Shown piece after piece: positions 1-10,567 of a DNA stretch of 64,000 nucleotides. Positions within the stretch are counted from its first letter, which is position 1. Every line of letters begins with the position of its first letter. The stretch is taken from assembly GCA_965203275.1 (NCBI GenBank), contig OZ241865.1, positions 576,001-640,000 of the forward strand. Reading direction: 5' to 3'. A program made the translations under genes and the position numbers. Source of the DNA: Bdellovibrionales bacterium (GTDB taxonomy: Bacteria > Bdellovibrionota > Bdellovibrionia > Bdellovibrionales > JAUICD01). The notes beneath the pieces are model-generated. The model worked only from the letters and a program-made list of their open reading frames with translations, had not been told where the DNA came from and ran no database searches.

Positions 1-525
1 GAGTTTGATAACATTTCAGATAAGACAATTCGCAACAGACTAATAGAAAATGGATATGAAGCTCAAGGAAGAAGTCGGAGTGCTTTATGGAATCATCCAA
101 CAATAATAGATGAAAAAAAGGCAAGACTTCGTCGCAAGCTAGAAGTTCTCTTTGCAAATCATCCGGGAGGTTTAACTTTCCAGCAGATCAAGGCTGGAAT
201 AACAGAGTTTGCTAACATTTCATATAGCACAATTCGCAACAGACTAAAGGAAAATGGGTATGAAGTTCAAGGACGTGTTCCGGGGGCTTTATGGCATCAG
301 CAAGGCCATCAAACAAAAAAAGATGAAGAAAAGACAATAATTACTCTTAAACTAGAAACTCTCTTTGCAGATCATCCGGGAGGTTTAACTTTAAAGCAGA
401 TCAAGGACGCTGGAATAACAGAGTTTGATAACATTTCAGATAAGACAATTCGCAACAGACTAATAGAAAATGGATATGAAGCTCAAAGACTCGGTCCGGG
501 TGCTTTATGGAAAAAAAGAAAATAA
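1..525 (+). CDS. 3' part of a protein made of tandem ~68-72 aa winged-helix-like repeats (runs off the window's 5' edge)
   Basis: Frame 1 is open from base 1 to TAA at 523-525 (absent from the ORF track). The unit LFAxHPGGLTxxQIK..GITEFxNISxxTIRNRLxENGYExQ...xALW recurs, with nucleotide repeat starts at 1, 205 and 421. Confidence 0.7.
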   Translation, partial: EFDNISDKTIRNRLIENGYEAQGRSRSALWNHPTIIDEKKARLRRKLEVLFANHPGGLTFQQIKAGITEFANISYSTIRNRLKENGYEVQGRVPGALWHQQGHQTKKDEEKTIITLKLETLFADHPGGLTLKQIKDAGITEFDNISDKTIRNRLIENGYEAQRLGPGALWKKRK

Positions 526-554
526 ACATCTTGTCTCCCTAACATTTTGTTTAT

Positions 555-970
555 CCGGGATCTGGGATCCGGCAACCCGGCATCAGATGAAACTCTTTTT
601 CCTTAACATTTCACTAAAAGTGGTCTAGCCTCTGGCTACTTTCTGGCAATGACCGCAATGGCTTTCGCCATTGGCAAAATGGTCATTGCCTAGAAAGCTT
701 GACCACTTTTAGTAGAGAAGGATCCCTTTATTCCTTTACAGCATGTTAAGGAAAAATTCTTTTATTGCCTCAAGAGCAAGCGACTTACGATAAAGGAACT
801 TTTTCCTTAACATCGTGTTAAAAAATGAGGACATCCTCCTTCCTAAAATTGAACAAGCTTTTGAGACAGTTAGCCTTTGATCGACGGCGAGAGCCGTCGT
901 GCTAACTGTCCAAAAGTAGCCAGAGGCTAGTTCAATTTTAGGGAAACAGAGGTTGGTTTACTTTTAGTGA
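555..970. repeat. Intergenic mosaic: GGGATCY module plus two oppositely oriented structured family-A elements (~609-755 minus, ~801-947 plus)
   Basis: Nested inverted repeats actaaaagtggtc/gaccacttttagt and cctaaaattgaac/gttcaattttagg. The same architecture recurs at ~4163, 6383, 30180, 38411, 39800, 51881 and 52715. Confidence 0.9.
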
Positions 971-978
971 GCCAAAGC

Positions 979-1538
979 CAACGCACGTATTTCCAAAAAA
1001 GGTTCGTACGGGTAGACGAAAATCAACGAAGTTAGATAATAAAAGGCCCAAATAAAGAAGTGAGAATGATATATACAACAAAGAGCATATATGTAGGATG
1101 TTATACAATGAATTTCTGCCCGATCACCTCAAAATTGACCTTCCAGTTCTCTGAAAGAAGCTTGACCTGGTGGATTTACGAAATTAGAAATGGAATATTC
1201 AAGGAAGGGAAATTTTGAGGGAAACAACGCACGTATCTCTGAAAGAGGTTCGTACGGGTAGACGAAAATATACGAAGTTAGACAATAGAAGGTCCAAGAA
1301 GTGAGAATGATATATACAACAAAGAGCATATATGTAGGATGTTATACAATGAATTTCTGACCGATCACCTCAAAATTGACCTTCCATTTCTCTGAAAAAA
1401 GCTTGACCTGGTGGATCTATGAAATTAGAAATGGAATATTCAAGGAAGGGAAATTTTGAGGGAAACAATTCACGTATCTCTGAAAGAGGTTCGTACGGGT
1501 AGACGAAAATATACGAAATTAGACAATAGAAGGTCCAA
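979..1538 (+). repeat. Tandem ~241-246 bp structured repeat, family B (~2.3 units)
   Basis: caac/caattcacgtat..ggttcgtacgggtagacgaa recurs at 979, 1225 and 1466; homologous to the array at 38613-39561. Confidence 0.9.
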
Positions 1539-1543
1539 TAGAA

Positions 1544-3109
1544 CTACTGGCTTGATATAACTTTTTGAAGTTTCTCTAAGGATTTTCTTAATTGTCCGGA
1601 GGCTTTTGTCATTCTCCATGCACTTAATTTAAGTTCTACTTGAGATTCACTTAATTGCAGATGGCTATTTGTTGCTTCATCACCTGATTGAATGATCTGC
1701 AAAAGAGGAATACGCCCTAATAAATAGCGTCTTTCATCTAATGTGGCTCTCTCTGTTTGCTTGCTCACATTTTCTTCTCGCAGTTTGACAATATTTTCAA
1801 GCTCCTTAAACTGTGAACAATTATTAAGCCATTGGAGTTGCAACTGAGATCGCATATAAGATGACATAGCGACCCCTTTAGCATGCTCTGCTAAAGCCTC
1901 TGACATATTTGCTTTTTCTTGAAATTTTGAAAGTGGCATCATCACCTCAAAACCTGCAAAAAGGCTTGTATTGTCAAATAGAAAAGATTTTTTCATCACT
2001 TGGAAAGCTGATGAATTTTCTTGATTGAGTGCAGATAATCCTAAAACAAGTTTCAAGTCAGGCAAGAAAGCATTACGAGCAACATTTTTTTTTAAAAGAC
2101 TTGCATTTTTTAAATATTCCCAATACTGCACTTCTGTAGATGTTTTAGGAATATCATTGATATCACAATCTTCTATTACATGGTCAGAATCCAATGATAT
2201 ATTAATTTTCAAAGGGTCATAAACAAGCCAGTGGCTAGGGAGCTTAAGATTTAAGACAACCTCTCGCCATATATTCATCAAAGATTCCCTTGCTAAACGC
2301 AACCTTACTTGAGCTTCTAACAGAGAGCCTTCTACTTGCAAAAGATCTGATCTCTCTGCTGTACCTCGCCTCCGTTTTATTCTTGTAATATTGACCAATC
2401 TTCTTTTACTAGCTAAATGATTTTGAGCTGCTTGCACTTCAGATCGGACTTTCCATACATTATAGTAGTTTTGAATCACATCCAATGCCCAGTTTTCAAT
2501 ATTTAAAGCTAAAGATTCTTGAGCAGCTTTTGTCGATAATACACCAGCTTGTTGTCTTTTCTTTGTTTGATAGCCAAAAGAATCTCTTAATAATGATTGT
2601 GAAACAGAAAATGTAAGATCTGATTGAAAGGCATTGGCTAAAGAAGTGTTATTTAAACCCAAAGTAACTTTTGTTCCTGTTTGAAAGAAAGTATCAGCTT
2701 GTACATTATAATAAGGACCATCACCAAAATTTCGCATAGTAGAAAATGAAGAGATATGCCTGTTAGATCTAGAAGAACCATCAGAGCGAAGGCCTACTTG
2801 TGAGGTCAAGCGAGTCTCTGTAGGAATACGAGATAAGTATTCTGCCTTTGGGATAGCAAAGGCTTCAGATGTAACAATCCTAAAAGTATCAGAGCTTTTA
2901 ATTAATTCTGTGAGGACAAAATCTAAAGTCAAAGTTTGTATAACTTTTTTATTGTTAGCCTGAGAGGTATTTTGAGAATGATCTTTTGGAGAGACAGCAT
3001 AAGAAAGATTGAAAAAATACAACAAAAAAAGAGGATAAACTAAAAATTGATTTTTTATTAATATCTCTTTCCGCAGTATTTTTTTCAATTTTAAAATTTT
3101 CATATTCAA
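1544..3109 (-). CDS. TolC-family outer membrane efflux protein
   Basis: 521 aa; signal peptide; two OEP-like helical repeats (RRRGTAERSDLLQVE; RYLLGRIPLLQIIQS; NAFLPDLKL). Confidence 0.8.
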   Translation of the reverse strand: MNMKILKLKKILRKEILIKNQFLVYPLFLLYFFNLSYAVSPKDHSQNTSQANNKKVIQTLTLDFVLTELIKSSDTFRIVTSEAFAIPKAEYLSRIPTETRLTSQVGLRSDGSSRSNRHISSFSTMRNFGDGPYYNVQADTFFQTGTKVTLGLNNTSLANAFQSDLTFSVSQSLLRDSFGYQTKKRQQAGVLSTKAAQESLALNIENWALDVIQNYYNVWKVRSEVQAAQNHLASKRRLVNITRIKRRRGTAERSDLLQVEGSLLEAQVRLRLARESLMNIWREVVLNLKLPSHWLVYDPLKINISLDSDHVIEDCDINDIPKTSTEVQYWEYLKNASLLKKNVARNAFLPDLKLVLGLSALNQENSSAFQVMKKSFLFDNTSLFAGFEVMMPLSKFQEKANMSEALAEHAKGVAMSSYMRSQLQLQWLNNCSQFKELENIVKLREENVSKQTERATLDERRYLLGRIPLLQIIQSGDEATNSHLQLSESQVELKLSAWRMTKASGQLRKSLEKLQKVISSQ

Positions 3110-3173
3110 AACCTCTCTATGTATAAAAAAGCTTTGAAGTCAAAGCCCATAATAAATGTAAAGAATATCAGAT

Positions 3174-4076
3174 TTACCATACAATGTCATAGGACCTGAT
3201 CAAAATACCTAGCCATTTATCTATGACTGGAGCTAATAAAAAAGCAAATAGGCTTGCATTTACCCATAAGAAAAACCTTAGCCATCCTGTACCAGCTGGC
3301 TTCTGAGAAAATCTAAAAAATTCATAAAGTAAAATAAAAGCAAACGGAAGTACTAAAAATACATAAAAGAAATGAGCATCTACAAACCAAGGGGATGCTA
3401 TAGCTACAGCAGTATAAGTAAATATATAGAGTCCTATATGATAGAGAGTTTTTTGTCGCCCTAGTATGGCAGGTAAGACTGGTATATGAGCTTTTTTATA
3501 ATCTTCTGCATATTTGATGGCTAAGGACCAAAAGTGTGGCATTTGCCATAAAAACAAAATCAGAAAAAGGTAAATACATTCAATGCCTAAAGCCAATAAG
3601 TCTCTAGTAGCAAAGTAGCCAATGACCACAGGCATAGCTCCAGGGATTGCACCTAGAACAGCACCAAAAATCATATAAGGTTTCCACCAAAGGGTATACA
3701 AACCATTGTAAAGGATCAGAGTCAAAAGTCCAAGTGTGGCCACAAGAGGTTTGAGCCAAAACAAAATTAAAAGCCCTAGTGTGAGCATCCAAAGACTTAT
3801 GCGAAAACCTAAAAGCCAAGAAATTTGACCTGACGGAATAGGCCGTCGACAAGTTCTTTTCATTTGAGCATCAAGAGAAGATTCTTGCACTTGATTAAAA
3901 GCACAGCTTCCTGCAGCAAGCAAAATAAACCCGATAGAAAATAATACGAGGTGAGCTAGCTCAAAGGGTTGGCCTGGCAACATACCTAAAAAATAGCCCG
4001 TCAAAGAGCATATATAGGAGAAAAAAACAATCCCTGATTTTGTAAATTTTGACCAGGTACGCATAGATGCTTTCAT
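3174..4076 (-). CDS. cyoE: Protoheme IX farnesyltransferase (heme O synthase)
   Basis: UbiA-family motifs NQVQESSLDAQMKRTCRRPIPSG, GAIPGAMP and LWQMPHFWSLA..DY. Confidence 0.93.
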   Translation of the reverse strand: MKASMRTWSKFTKSGIVFFSYICSLTGYFLGMLPGQPFELAHLVLFSIGFILLAAGSCAFNQVQESSLDAQMKRTCRRPIPSGQISWLLGFRISLWMLTLGLLILFWLKPLVATLGLLTLILYNGLYTLWWKPYMIFGAVLGAIPGAMPVVIGYFATRDLLALGIECIYLFLILFLWQMPHFWSLAIKYAEDYKKAHIPVLPAILGRQKTLYHIGLYIFTYTAVAIASPWFVDAHFFYVFLVLPFAFILLYEFFRFSQKPAGTGWLRFFLWVNASLFAFLLAPVIDKWLGILIRSYDIVW

Positions 4077-4161
4077 ACTTATTTTTTATACAAATACAAA
4101 TAAAAAATCAAGATATTCTTATAGCTTTCTTTTTGAAAAGCTGTCAAGGCTTAGGAGTCTA

Positions 4162-4302
4162 TTTCACTAAAAGTGGTCAGACAGCAAGCTTCTCTGAAGC
4201 TTGCCATGTAACAACACTAGGCAATGACCATTTTGCCAATGGCGAAAGCCATTGCGGTCATTGCCAGAAAGTAGCCAGAGGCTAGACCACTTTTAGTGAA
4301 AT
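4162..4302. repeat. Family-A element, palindromic (MITE-like) form
   Basis: Termini tttcactaaaagtggtc / gaccacttttagtgaaa; inner ggcaatgacc/ggtcattgcc and caatggc-gaaa-gccattg. Confidence 0.85.
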
Positions 4303-4546
4303 AGTGAAAGAGTGAAAAAGACGTTGACAAAAAAATCTCCTATTAATTAACATAAAAAATAATATATTCGATTCAACCATTATTCAAAATACAGATTAAA
4401 AGTAACTATCTAAATTAAGAAGTATAACTATTGAATGAATGTCTTTCAAAGGAATGATGATGCATCAGAAGAATAAATTTAAAAATATTTTAATAAATAA
4501 AAGATAGCTTCTATTTTGACAAGACAAAGAGAATAAAAAGGAACTT

Positions 4547-6202
4547 ATGCAAAAAATATGGCTTAAACATTATCCTAAAGGGATTGCAGAAAAGATTAAC
4601 CCATCTGCCTTTAAAAGCATAGTGGAAGTTTTTGAAGGAGCCTGTAGACGCTTTGGCCAATTACCTGCTTTTAAAAATATGGGGACGACAATTTCTTTTA
4701 ATGATTTAGATTGTCTCACTTATCAAATGGCTTCTTTTTTAAGTAACCACTTAGGTCTTCAAAAAGGGGATAGAATTGCCATACAATTACCTAATCTTTT
4801 GCAAACCCCTATTGCTATCTTTGGAGCCTTGCGTGCTGGTCTTATTGTAGTCAATACCAATCCTTTATATACTGCTAGAGAAATGAAGCATCAGTTTCAA
4901 GATTCAGGGGCTAATGCTATTATTATTTTAGCTCATTTTGCTGCACAACTAGAAAGTATCCTCAAAGAGACACAAATTAAACATGTTGTGGTCACAGAAG
5001 CAGGAGATGGACTTAAGTTTCCTAAAAATTTACTGGTCAATATAGCTTTAAAATACATGAAAAGGGCTGTCCCCTCTTACAATATCCCTCAAGCTATCTC
5101 CTACAAAGAAGCATTGGATATAGGCAAGAAGCATTCTCTTAATGTTCAAGAGTCTTCTGGAGAGGACCTGGCTTTTATACAGTACACAGGGGGAACAACG
5201 GGTGTCAGTAAAGGGGCTATGCTCACTCATAAAAATATCATAGCAAATATGGAACAAATAGGGGCTTGGCTTATTCCACAGCTAAGAGAAGGTACAGAAC
5301 AAATTATCACAGCCCTACCCTTGTATCATATTTTTTCACTCACAGTTAATTGTATGGCTTTAATGAAAATCGGTAGCTGTAACATTCTGATCACAAATCC
5401 AAAAGATATTTCAGGGTTTATTAAAGAACTTCAAAAACATCCCTTTACTGTGATGACAGGGGTGAATACTTTATTCTCTGCTTTGATGAATCATCCTTCT
5501 TTTTCTAAAATAGATTGGTCTACTAATAAAATATCAGTGGCAGGAGGCATGGCTTTGCAAAAGGCTGTAACAGATCAGTGGTATATTCACACAGGACAAG
5601 TCATTATAGAAGGTTATGGACTGACAGAAGCTTCTCCTGTTGTGACTTGCAATCCTCTTGATGGCAAAGAAAAAGTGGGTTCTATTGGATTGCCTCTACC
5701 TTCGACAGAAGTGAAAATGCTTGATAAAAAGGGACAGGAAGTACCTGTTGGGAAACCAGGCGAGCTTTGTGTCAGAGGTCCACAGGTGATGAAGGGTTAT
5801 TGGCAACATCCAGAAGAAACAAAAAAAGTGCTTTCAAAAGATGGCTGGCTTAAAACAGGGGATATTGCTATTTTAGAAGAAGGTGGTTACTTGAAAATTG
5901 TAGACAGAAAAAAAGACATGATTTTAGTTTCTGGATTTAATGTGTACCCTAATGAAATAGAGGATGTGATTGCTATGCATCCAGATGTTTTAGAAGTAGC
6001 TGCTGTGGGAGTACCTGATGATAAATCAGGAGAGGCTGTACAGGTTTTTATTATTCCTAAAAACGATGATGTTTCAAAACAAGATATTATGAACCATTCT
6101 CGAAAGCACCTTGTGGCTTACAAAGTTCCCAAGTATATTGAATTCCGCAAAACACTACCTAAAAGTCATATAGGGAAAATTCTTAGACGAGTCCTCAAAT
6201 AG
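4547..6202 (+). CDS. fadD: Long-chain fatty acid-CoA ligase
   Basis: AMP-binding motifs QYTGGTTGVSKGAMLTH, EGYGLTEASP, TGDIA, DRKKDMILVSGFNVYPNEIE. Confidence 0.93.
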   Translation: MQKIWLKHYPKGIAEKINPSAFKSIVEVFEGACRRFGQLPAFKNMGTTISFNDLDCLTYQMASFLSNHLGLQKGDRIAIQLPNLLQTPIAIFGALRAGLIVVNTNPLYTAREMKHQFQDSGANAIIILAHFAAQLESILKETQIKHVVVTEAGDGLKFPKNLLVNIALKYMKRAVPSYNIPQAISYKEALDIGKKHSLNVQESSGEDLAFIQYTGGTTGVSKGAMLTHKNIIANMEQIGAWLIPQLREGTEQIITALPLYHIFSLTVNCMALMKIGSCNILITNPKDISGFIKELQKHPFTVMTGVNTLFSALMNHPSFSKIDWSTNKISVAGGMALQKAVTDQWYIHTGQVIIEGYGLTEASPVVTCNPLDGKEKVGSIGLPLPSTEVKMLDKKGQEVPVGKPGELCVRGPQVMKGYWQHPEETKKVLSKDGWLKTGDIAILEEGGYLKIVDRKKDMILVSGFNVYPNEIEDVIAMHPDVLEVAAVGVPDDKSGEAVQVFIIPKNDDVSKQDIMNHSRKHLVAYKVPKYIEFRKTLPKSHIGKILRRVLK

Positions 6203-6382
6203 ACATAGTAATGAGTTTATTAGGGTGTTATTGTTTGTCGCTACTATTAAAATAGAATGCATTTCTACTGACAACAAATCTCGATTTGCTTTTATCCGTT
6301 TTCCACCAACTTATTACGATAAAAGCTTGGTTATGTCTCTTCCCTTTTTTTGACTTCTTGTACTTTTTAATTTCTAACTCTA

Positions 6383-6908
6383 TTTCACTCAAAGTGAACT
6401 GGCCTCTGGCCACTTTCTGGCGATGACCACGATGGCTTTCGCCATTGACAAAATGGTCATTGCCTAGAAAGCCTGTTCACTTTGAGTAGGAAGGATCCTT
6501 TCCTCTTTTAACACCATGTTAAGGAAAAAGTTCTTTCTTACACCTTTTGGCCCGACGGCTTACGCCGTCGATAAAATGGTCATTGCCTCAAAAATCTATG
6601 CATTTTGAGTAGGGCGAATCTCCTTGCTTCTTGACACCATGTTAAGGAAAAATTCTTTTATTGTCTCAAGAGCAAGCAGTTTGCGAATAAAACTCTGTTT
6701 CCTTAACATGTAGTTAAGAGACGAGAGGATCCTTCCTACTAAAAGTAAACGGATTTTTGAGGTATTGCTCTTTTTGGACAGCGTAAGCTGTCAGAGCAAT
6801 GCCCAAAAACAGCCAGAGGCTGGTTTATTTTTAGTGAAAAAGATAAGAAGGCGAATAGCCTTCGGCTGGCAACCCAAAAGTGACCAGAGGCTAGTTTACT
6901 TTTAGTGT
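6383..6908. repeat. Cluster of family-A elements between convergent fadD and dppA
   Basis: Copies at ~6383-6530 (minus), ~6545-6652 (minus, partial), ~6698-6840 (plus), ~6845-6908 (partial; overlaps the dppA stop codon). Confidence 0.9.
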
Positions 6909-8596
6909 AATAACACGTAAGTAAAAACATTTGTATTGCCAATAAGTGATATCTTATAACCAACTACATTTTTCCTCTTTGCAACATAAATAGTGGAATA
7001 TGCTATGGGTATCCATGGGACTTCCTCATTAAAAATCACCTGAGCTTTTTGATAGAGTTGAATCCTATCCTGACGATTCATTATACGTCTTGCCTGAGAT
7101 ACTAGCCGATCAAAAACAGGATGACACCAAAAAGCACGTGTTGCCCCTGTCTTAATAGCATGACAACTCAAGAGAGAATATAAAAAATCATCAGGGTCTC
7201 CATTATCAGCACTCCAGCCTAGTTGCATTAAAGAATGTTCTCCTTGATTGGTTTTTGCAAGATAAGTAGGCCACTTATAAGAGACCAGCTTGACCTGAAT
7301 GCCTATTTGAGCTAAGTCAAACTGCATCATCTCTGCTAATTTTTTACCCGATGGTAAATAAGGTCTTGATATAGGTAAAACCCAAAGATCCGTTTTAAAC
7401 CCCTTCGCAAATCCTGCTTTCTTTATTAAAGATTTTGCTTTCTGCACATTGTGATCATAACTTTTCACCTGATGATGATAGCTCCAAATTGTAGGAGGGA
7501 TAGGATTATAAGCTTTTTGAGCATGACCTAAATAAACAGATTGAATGTAAGCCTCTTTATCCAAAGCATAATGCACTGCTTGACGTACAAGCTTGTTATC
7601 AAAAGGAGGCTTTTGAGTATTAATAGCTAAAAAAGCAATATTCATACCTTCTGCTTTGACAAGATCTAAGTTTTTATCTTTTTTAATGGCATTTAAATCC
7701 TCTGGAGCAGGCACAGCTATTAACTGACATTCATTGGCTTTTAGCTTTTGAAAACGAATAGAAGCATCAGGTGTGATAGAAAAAATAAGATTTTGTATAT
7801 TACCTCTTTGGCTATCAAAGTAATCAGGGAAAGCCTCATATTGAATCAAATGATCTTTTTTATACTGTTTAAAAACAAAAGGACCTGTACCAATAGGCTG
7901 ACGATCAAACATCTTTAGAGTTTTAGCTTGCAACATTTGATCTGCATACTCCTTAGAAAAGATACTTGTAAAAGGCATTGTCAAATTGCTTAAAAATGGA
8001 GCGTTGGGTCTTGAGAGAATAAATTTTACTTTGTAATTATCTATCTTAATAATATCCTTAATAACAGACTTCATATCCATATTGTGAAAAAATTTATAAA
8101 GACCACCACTGACCTTATGATAAGGATGATGTAAATCCATTTGTCTTTTAAAGCTAAAGATCACATCATCTACATTCATATTTCTAGTAGGGACAAAGTA
8201 AGATGTCGCATGAAACTTCACATCTTCTCTCAGTTCAAATGTATATTCCAAGCCTTTATTGTCAATAGTCCATCTTTTAGCTAACTTAGGGATAATATTT
8301 GTTTTGCCATATTCAAAGTCAACAAGGGTGTCAAAGATAGGACGAGTGGCCTCAAAACTAGCATCGTCTATTTCAAACTGTGGATTAAAACCTGATGGAC
8401 TAGCTTCAGAGCAGTAAACTAAAGTTTTTGCTTTATCTTGCAAAGCTTTACCTTGCAAAGAAGATGTGCTGTATGCCATTTGTATAGAGATCACAAGAAA
8501 AAGCAATCCCACAAGCCATTTCAAAAAAAGATTTTGTGTTTTATAATACATAATCACTTCTTGTTTCCTACATACCCACATAGTATAAAAAATCAT
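6902..8596 (-). CDS. dppA: Dipeptide ABC transporter substrate-binding protein (SBP family 5); true start probably 8551
   Basis: KTLVYCSEASPSGFNPQ, PIGTGPF, GWSADNGDPDDF motifs; signal peptide after Met16. Confidence 0.88.
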   Translation of the reverse strand: MIFYTMWVCRKQEVIMYYKTQNLFLKWLVGLLFLVISIQMAYSTSSLQGKALQDKAKTLVYCSEASPSGFNPQFEIDDASFEATRPIFDTLVDFEYGKTNIIPKLAKRWTIDNKGLEYTFELREDVKFHATSYFVPTRNMNVDDVIFSFKRQMDLHHPYHKVSGGLYKFFHNMDMKSVIKDIIKIDNYKVKFILSRPNAPFLSNLTMPFTSIFSKEYADQMLQAKTLKMFDRQPIGTGPFVFKQYKKDHLIQYEAFPDYFDSQRGNIQNLIFSITPDASIRFQKLKANECQLIAVPAPEDLNAIKKDKNLDLVKAEGMNIAFLAINTQKPPFDNKLVRQAVHYALDKEAYIQSVYLGHAQKAYNPIPPTIWSYHHQVKSYDHNVQKAKSLIKKAGFAKGFKTDLWVLPISRPYLPSGKKLAEMMQFDLAQIGIQVKLVSYKWPTYLAKTNQGEHSLMQLGWSADNGDPDDFLYSLLSCHAIKTGATRAFWCHPVFDRLVSQARRIMNRQDRIQLYQKAQVIFNEEVPWIPIAYSTIYVAKRKNVVGYKISLIGNTNVFTYVLLH

Positions 8597-8762
8597 AAAG
8601 TTTTTATAACGCTTTATATTCTTTCAGAAAATAAATTTAGATATATAAAGTTTCTTTACATACTTGTCAAGAAATATGATACTATTTTTTATTGGTGGTA
8701 GCGTATACACCTTGCTATCTTTAGAATAGAAGATATAAAGCAAAAAATAATTTTCATAAAAA

Positions 8763-9824
8763 TCAAGGGACTTCATTTAAGATGGCTTCTATTTCTGCCT
8801 GAATATTTTTTATTTGAGGGATCGTAGCTTCTTCCAAGTTTTCATGCAAGCCCACACCAGGAACATTTTGAGCAGCAAGCACTCTTGGTTTTGCTAAAAG
8901 TTCATAAAATAATTCATCAATGACCCTCCGCATGAGATGTTCTTGAAAACAAACCACTTCAGTATCTTCACCCACAAAAAGCACTCGTTTGGTCTTTGAA
9001 ACAGAATCTTTAATCAAAGTCCAATCGTATGGATAGACAGAGCGAAGATCTATCACCTCAATGCTCACACCACTATTTTGTTCTATAGCGTGAGTAGCTT
9101 GCATACAAAATAAAACCATACGTCCATAACTGATAACAGTCACATCAGTACCTTCTTGCAATCTGTGACCTTGACCAATAGGGATGGAAAGGTATTTAAG
9201 GTCTGGAAAGTTGGGAGACCATATTTTACGTAAATCGCCCACAGGTGCATCAATCTGTTGCTTGAGTTCTTCTTGATCCGTCGGTTCTCCAGGGATGAGT
9301 TCCTTGCCACGTACTCTCAGTAGTGCTTTAGGCTCTAAAAACATCACGGGATTTGGATCTTCAATAGCAGAGATCAACAAACCATACGCATCAAGTGGGG
9401 TGCTAGGAATAATAATTTTCCACCCTTGAATGCGACAAGCCCAAGAATCAAAACTATGGCTATGGTAAACAGACCCTCGAATGCCAGCACCTACAGGGAT
9501 TCTCAAAACTAAGGGCAAATGCATTTGACCATTAGAACACCAATGGGTATTGCCTATAAGTTTTAAAAGGTCTATAGTGTTGAAAATATAATCTGCAAAT
9601 TGGATTTCTGCCACACAGCGATCACCTGTCATGGCAATGCCAGCAGCCATACCTACAATGCCTCGCTCATCAAGAGGTGTATTCCAAGCTGTCTTTAAAC
9701 CTTGAGTGGCTGTAAAAATACCTCCTAGAGGTGGGCCGACATCTTGCCCAAAAATATCTTTGAGTTCAAGATGATTTTCAGCATAGTGGAGAGCCATGCG
9801 TATCGCTTGAGCCATGTTTGCCAT
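8763..9824 (-). CDS. 2-oxoacid dehydrogenase E1 beta subunit
   Basis: FGQDVG..GGIF, NTPLDERGIVG, AEIQFADY, YHSHS, DPNPVMFLEPK, EVIDLRS. Confidence 0.9.
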   Translation of the reverse strand: MANMAQAIRMALHYAENHLELKDIFGQDVGPPLGGIFTATQGLKTAWNTPLDERGIVGMAAGIAMTGDRCVAEIQFADYIFNTIDLLKLIGNTHWCSNGQMHLPLVLRIPVGAGIRGSVYHSHSFDSWACRIQGWKIIIPSTPLDAYGLLISAIEDPNPVMFLEPKALLRVRGKELIPGEPTDQEELKQQIDAPVGDLRKIWSPNFPDLKYLSIPIGQGHRLQEGTDVTVISYGRMVLFCMQATHAIEQNSGVSIEVIDLRSVYPYDWTLIKDSVSKTKRVLFVGEDTEVVCFQEHLMRRVIDELFYELLAKPRVLAAQNVPGVGLHENLEEATIPQIKNIQAEIEAILNEVP

Positions 9825-9873
9825 TTGTCAGCCTTTAGATAATCGTCAAGGTTAAGGTTTCTAATGTGGATGA

Positions 9874-10416
9874 TCATACGGGCTTTTCTTTATCTTTAGT
9901 ATGTTCTTTTTTCACCTCTTTATCTTTGTCTTTATTGACTATAAGTCCATACAATGTGTCGAACTTTCGATCAAACTTATCTTCCATAATTTCGAATCTT
10001 CGATCAAACTTATCTTCCATGGTGTCAAATTTTCGATTAAACTTCTCTTCTATGGTGTTGAACTTTCGATCAAACTTATCTTCCATGGCTTTCATCTGTG
10101 TAGGTATATGATTGTATACCTGCTCCTGAATAGGTTCCATTTTAGCATCTATATATTCCTTTAAATGCTTTTCTGATTGATTTATTCGCTCATTTAAGTT
10201 CTTTTCTGATTGGTTTACCAATTCCCTTAAGTTATTTTCTGATTTGTTTACCATTTCCTTTAAGCTATTTACCAACTCCTTTAAGTTCTTTTCTGATTGG
10301 TTGATCCGTTCATTAAAAGAATTTGTCACTTTAGTATAAAAAAAATATCCTATACCAAACATAGCTAAGATGGTCATTGCATCTAGCTGATTAAGTGTTT
10401 CAATGAAAGCTTCCAT
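9874..10416 (-). CDS. Membrane-anchored 11-residue-repeat coiled-coil protein, array copy 5
   Basis: N-terminal TM segment, SExNLxELVNx repeats, NHIPTQ motif, 4x MEDKFDRKFDT-like repeats; RBS aagga. Confidence 0.85.
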   Translation of the reverse strand: MEAFIETLNQLDAMTILAMFGIGYFFYTKVTNSFNERINQSEKNLKELVNSLKEMVNKSENNLRELVNQSEKNLNERINQSEKHLKEYIDAKMEPIQEQVYNHIPTQMKAMEDKFDRKFNTIEEKFNRKFDTMEDKFDRRFEIMEDKFDRKFDTLYGLIVNKDKDKEVKKEHTKDKEKPV

Positions 10417-10567
10417 AATATCATCCTTGGTGATACCATCACCCGATTAATATAAAAAAACAAAGCATTTAAACAGTACATCATCATACAACATAATCTA
10501 AGGCCCGTCTAGCAACAAACACTGGAAACATACTATGAGGGTTAAGGTTTCCAATCAATGTGGATGA

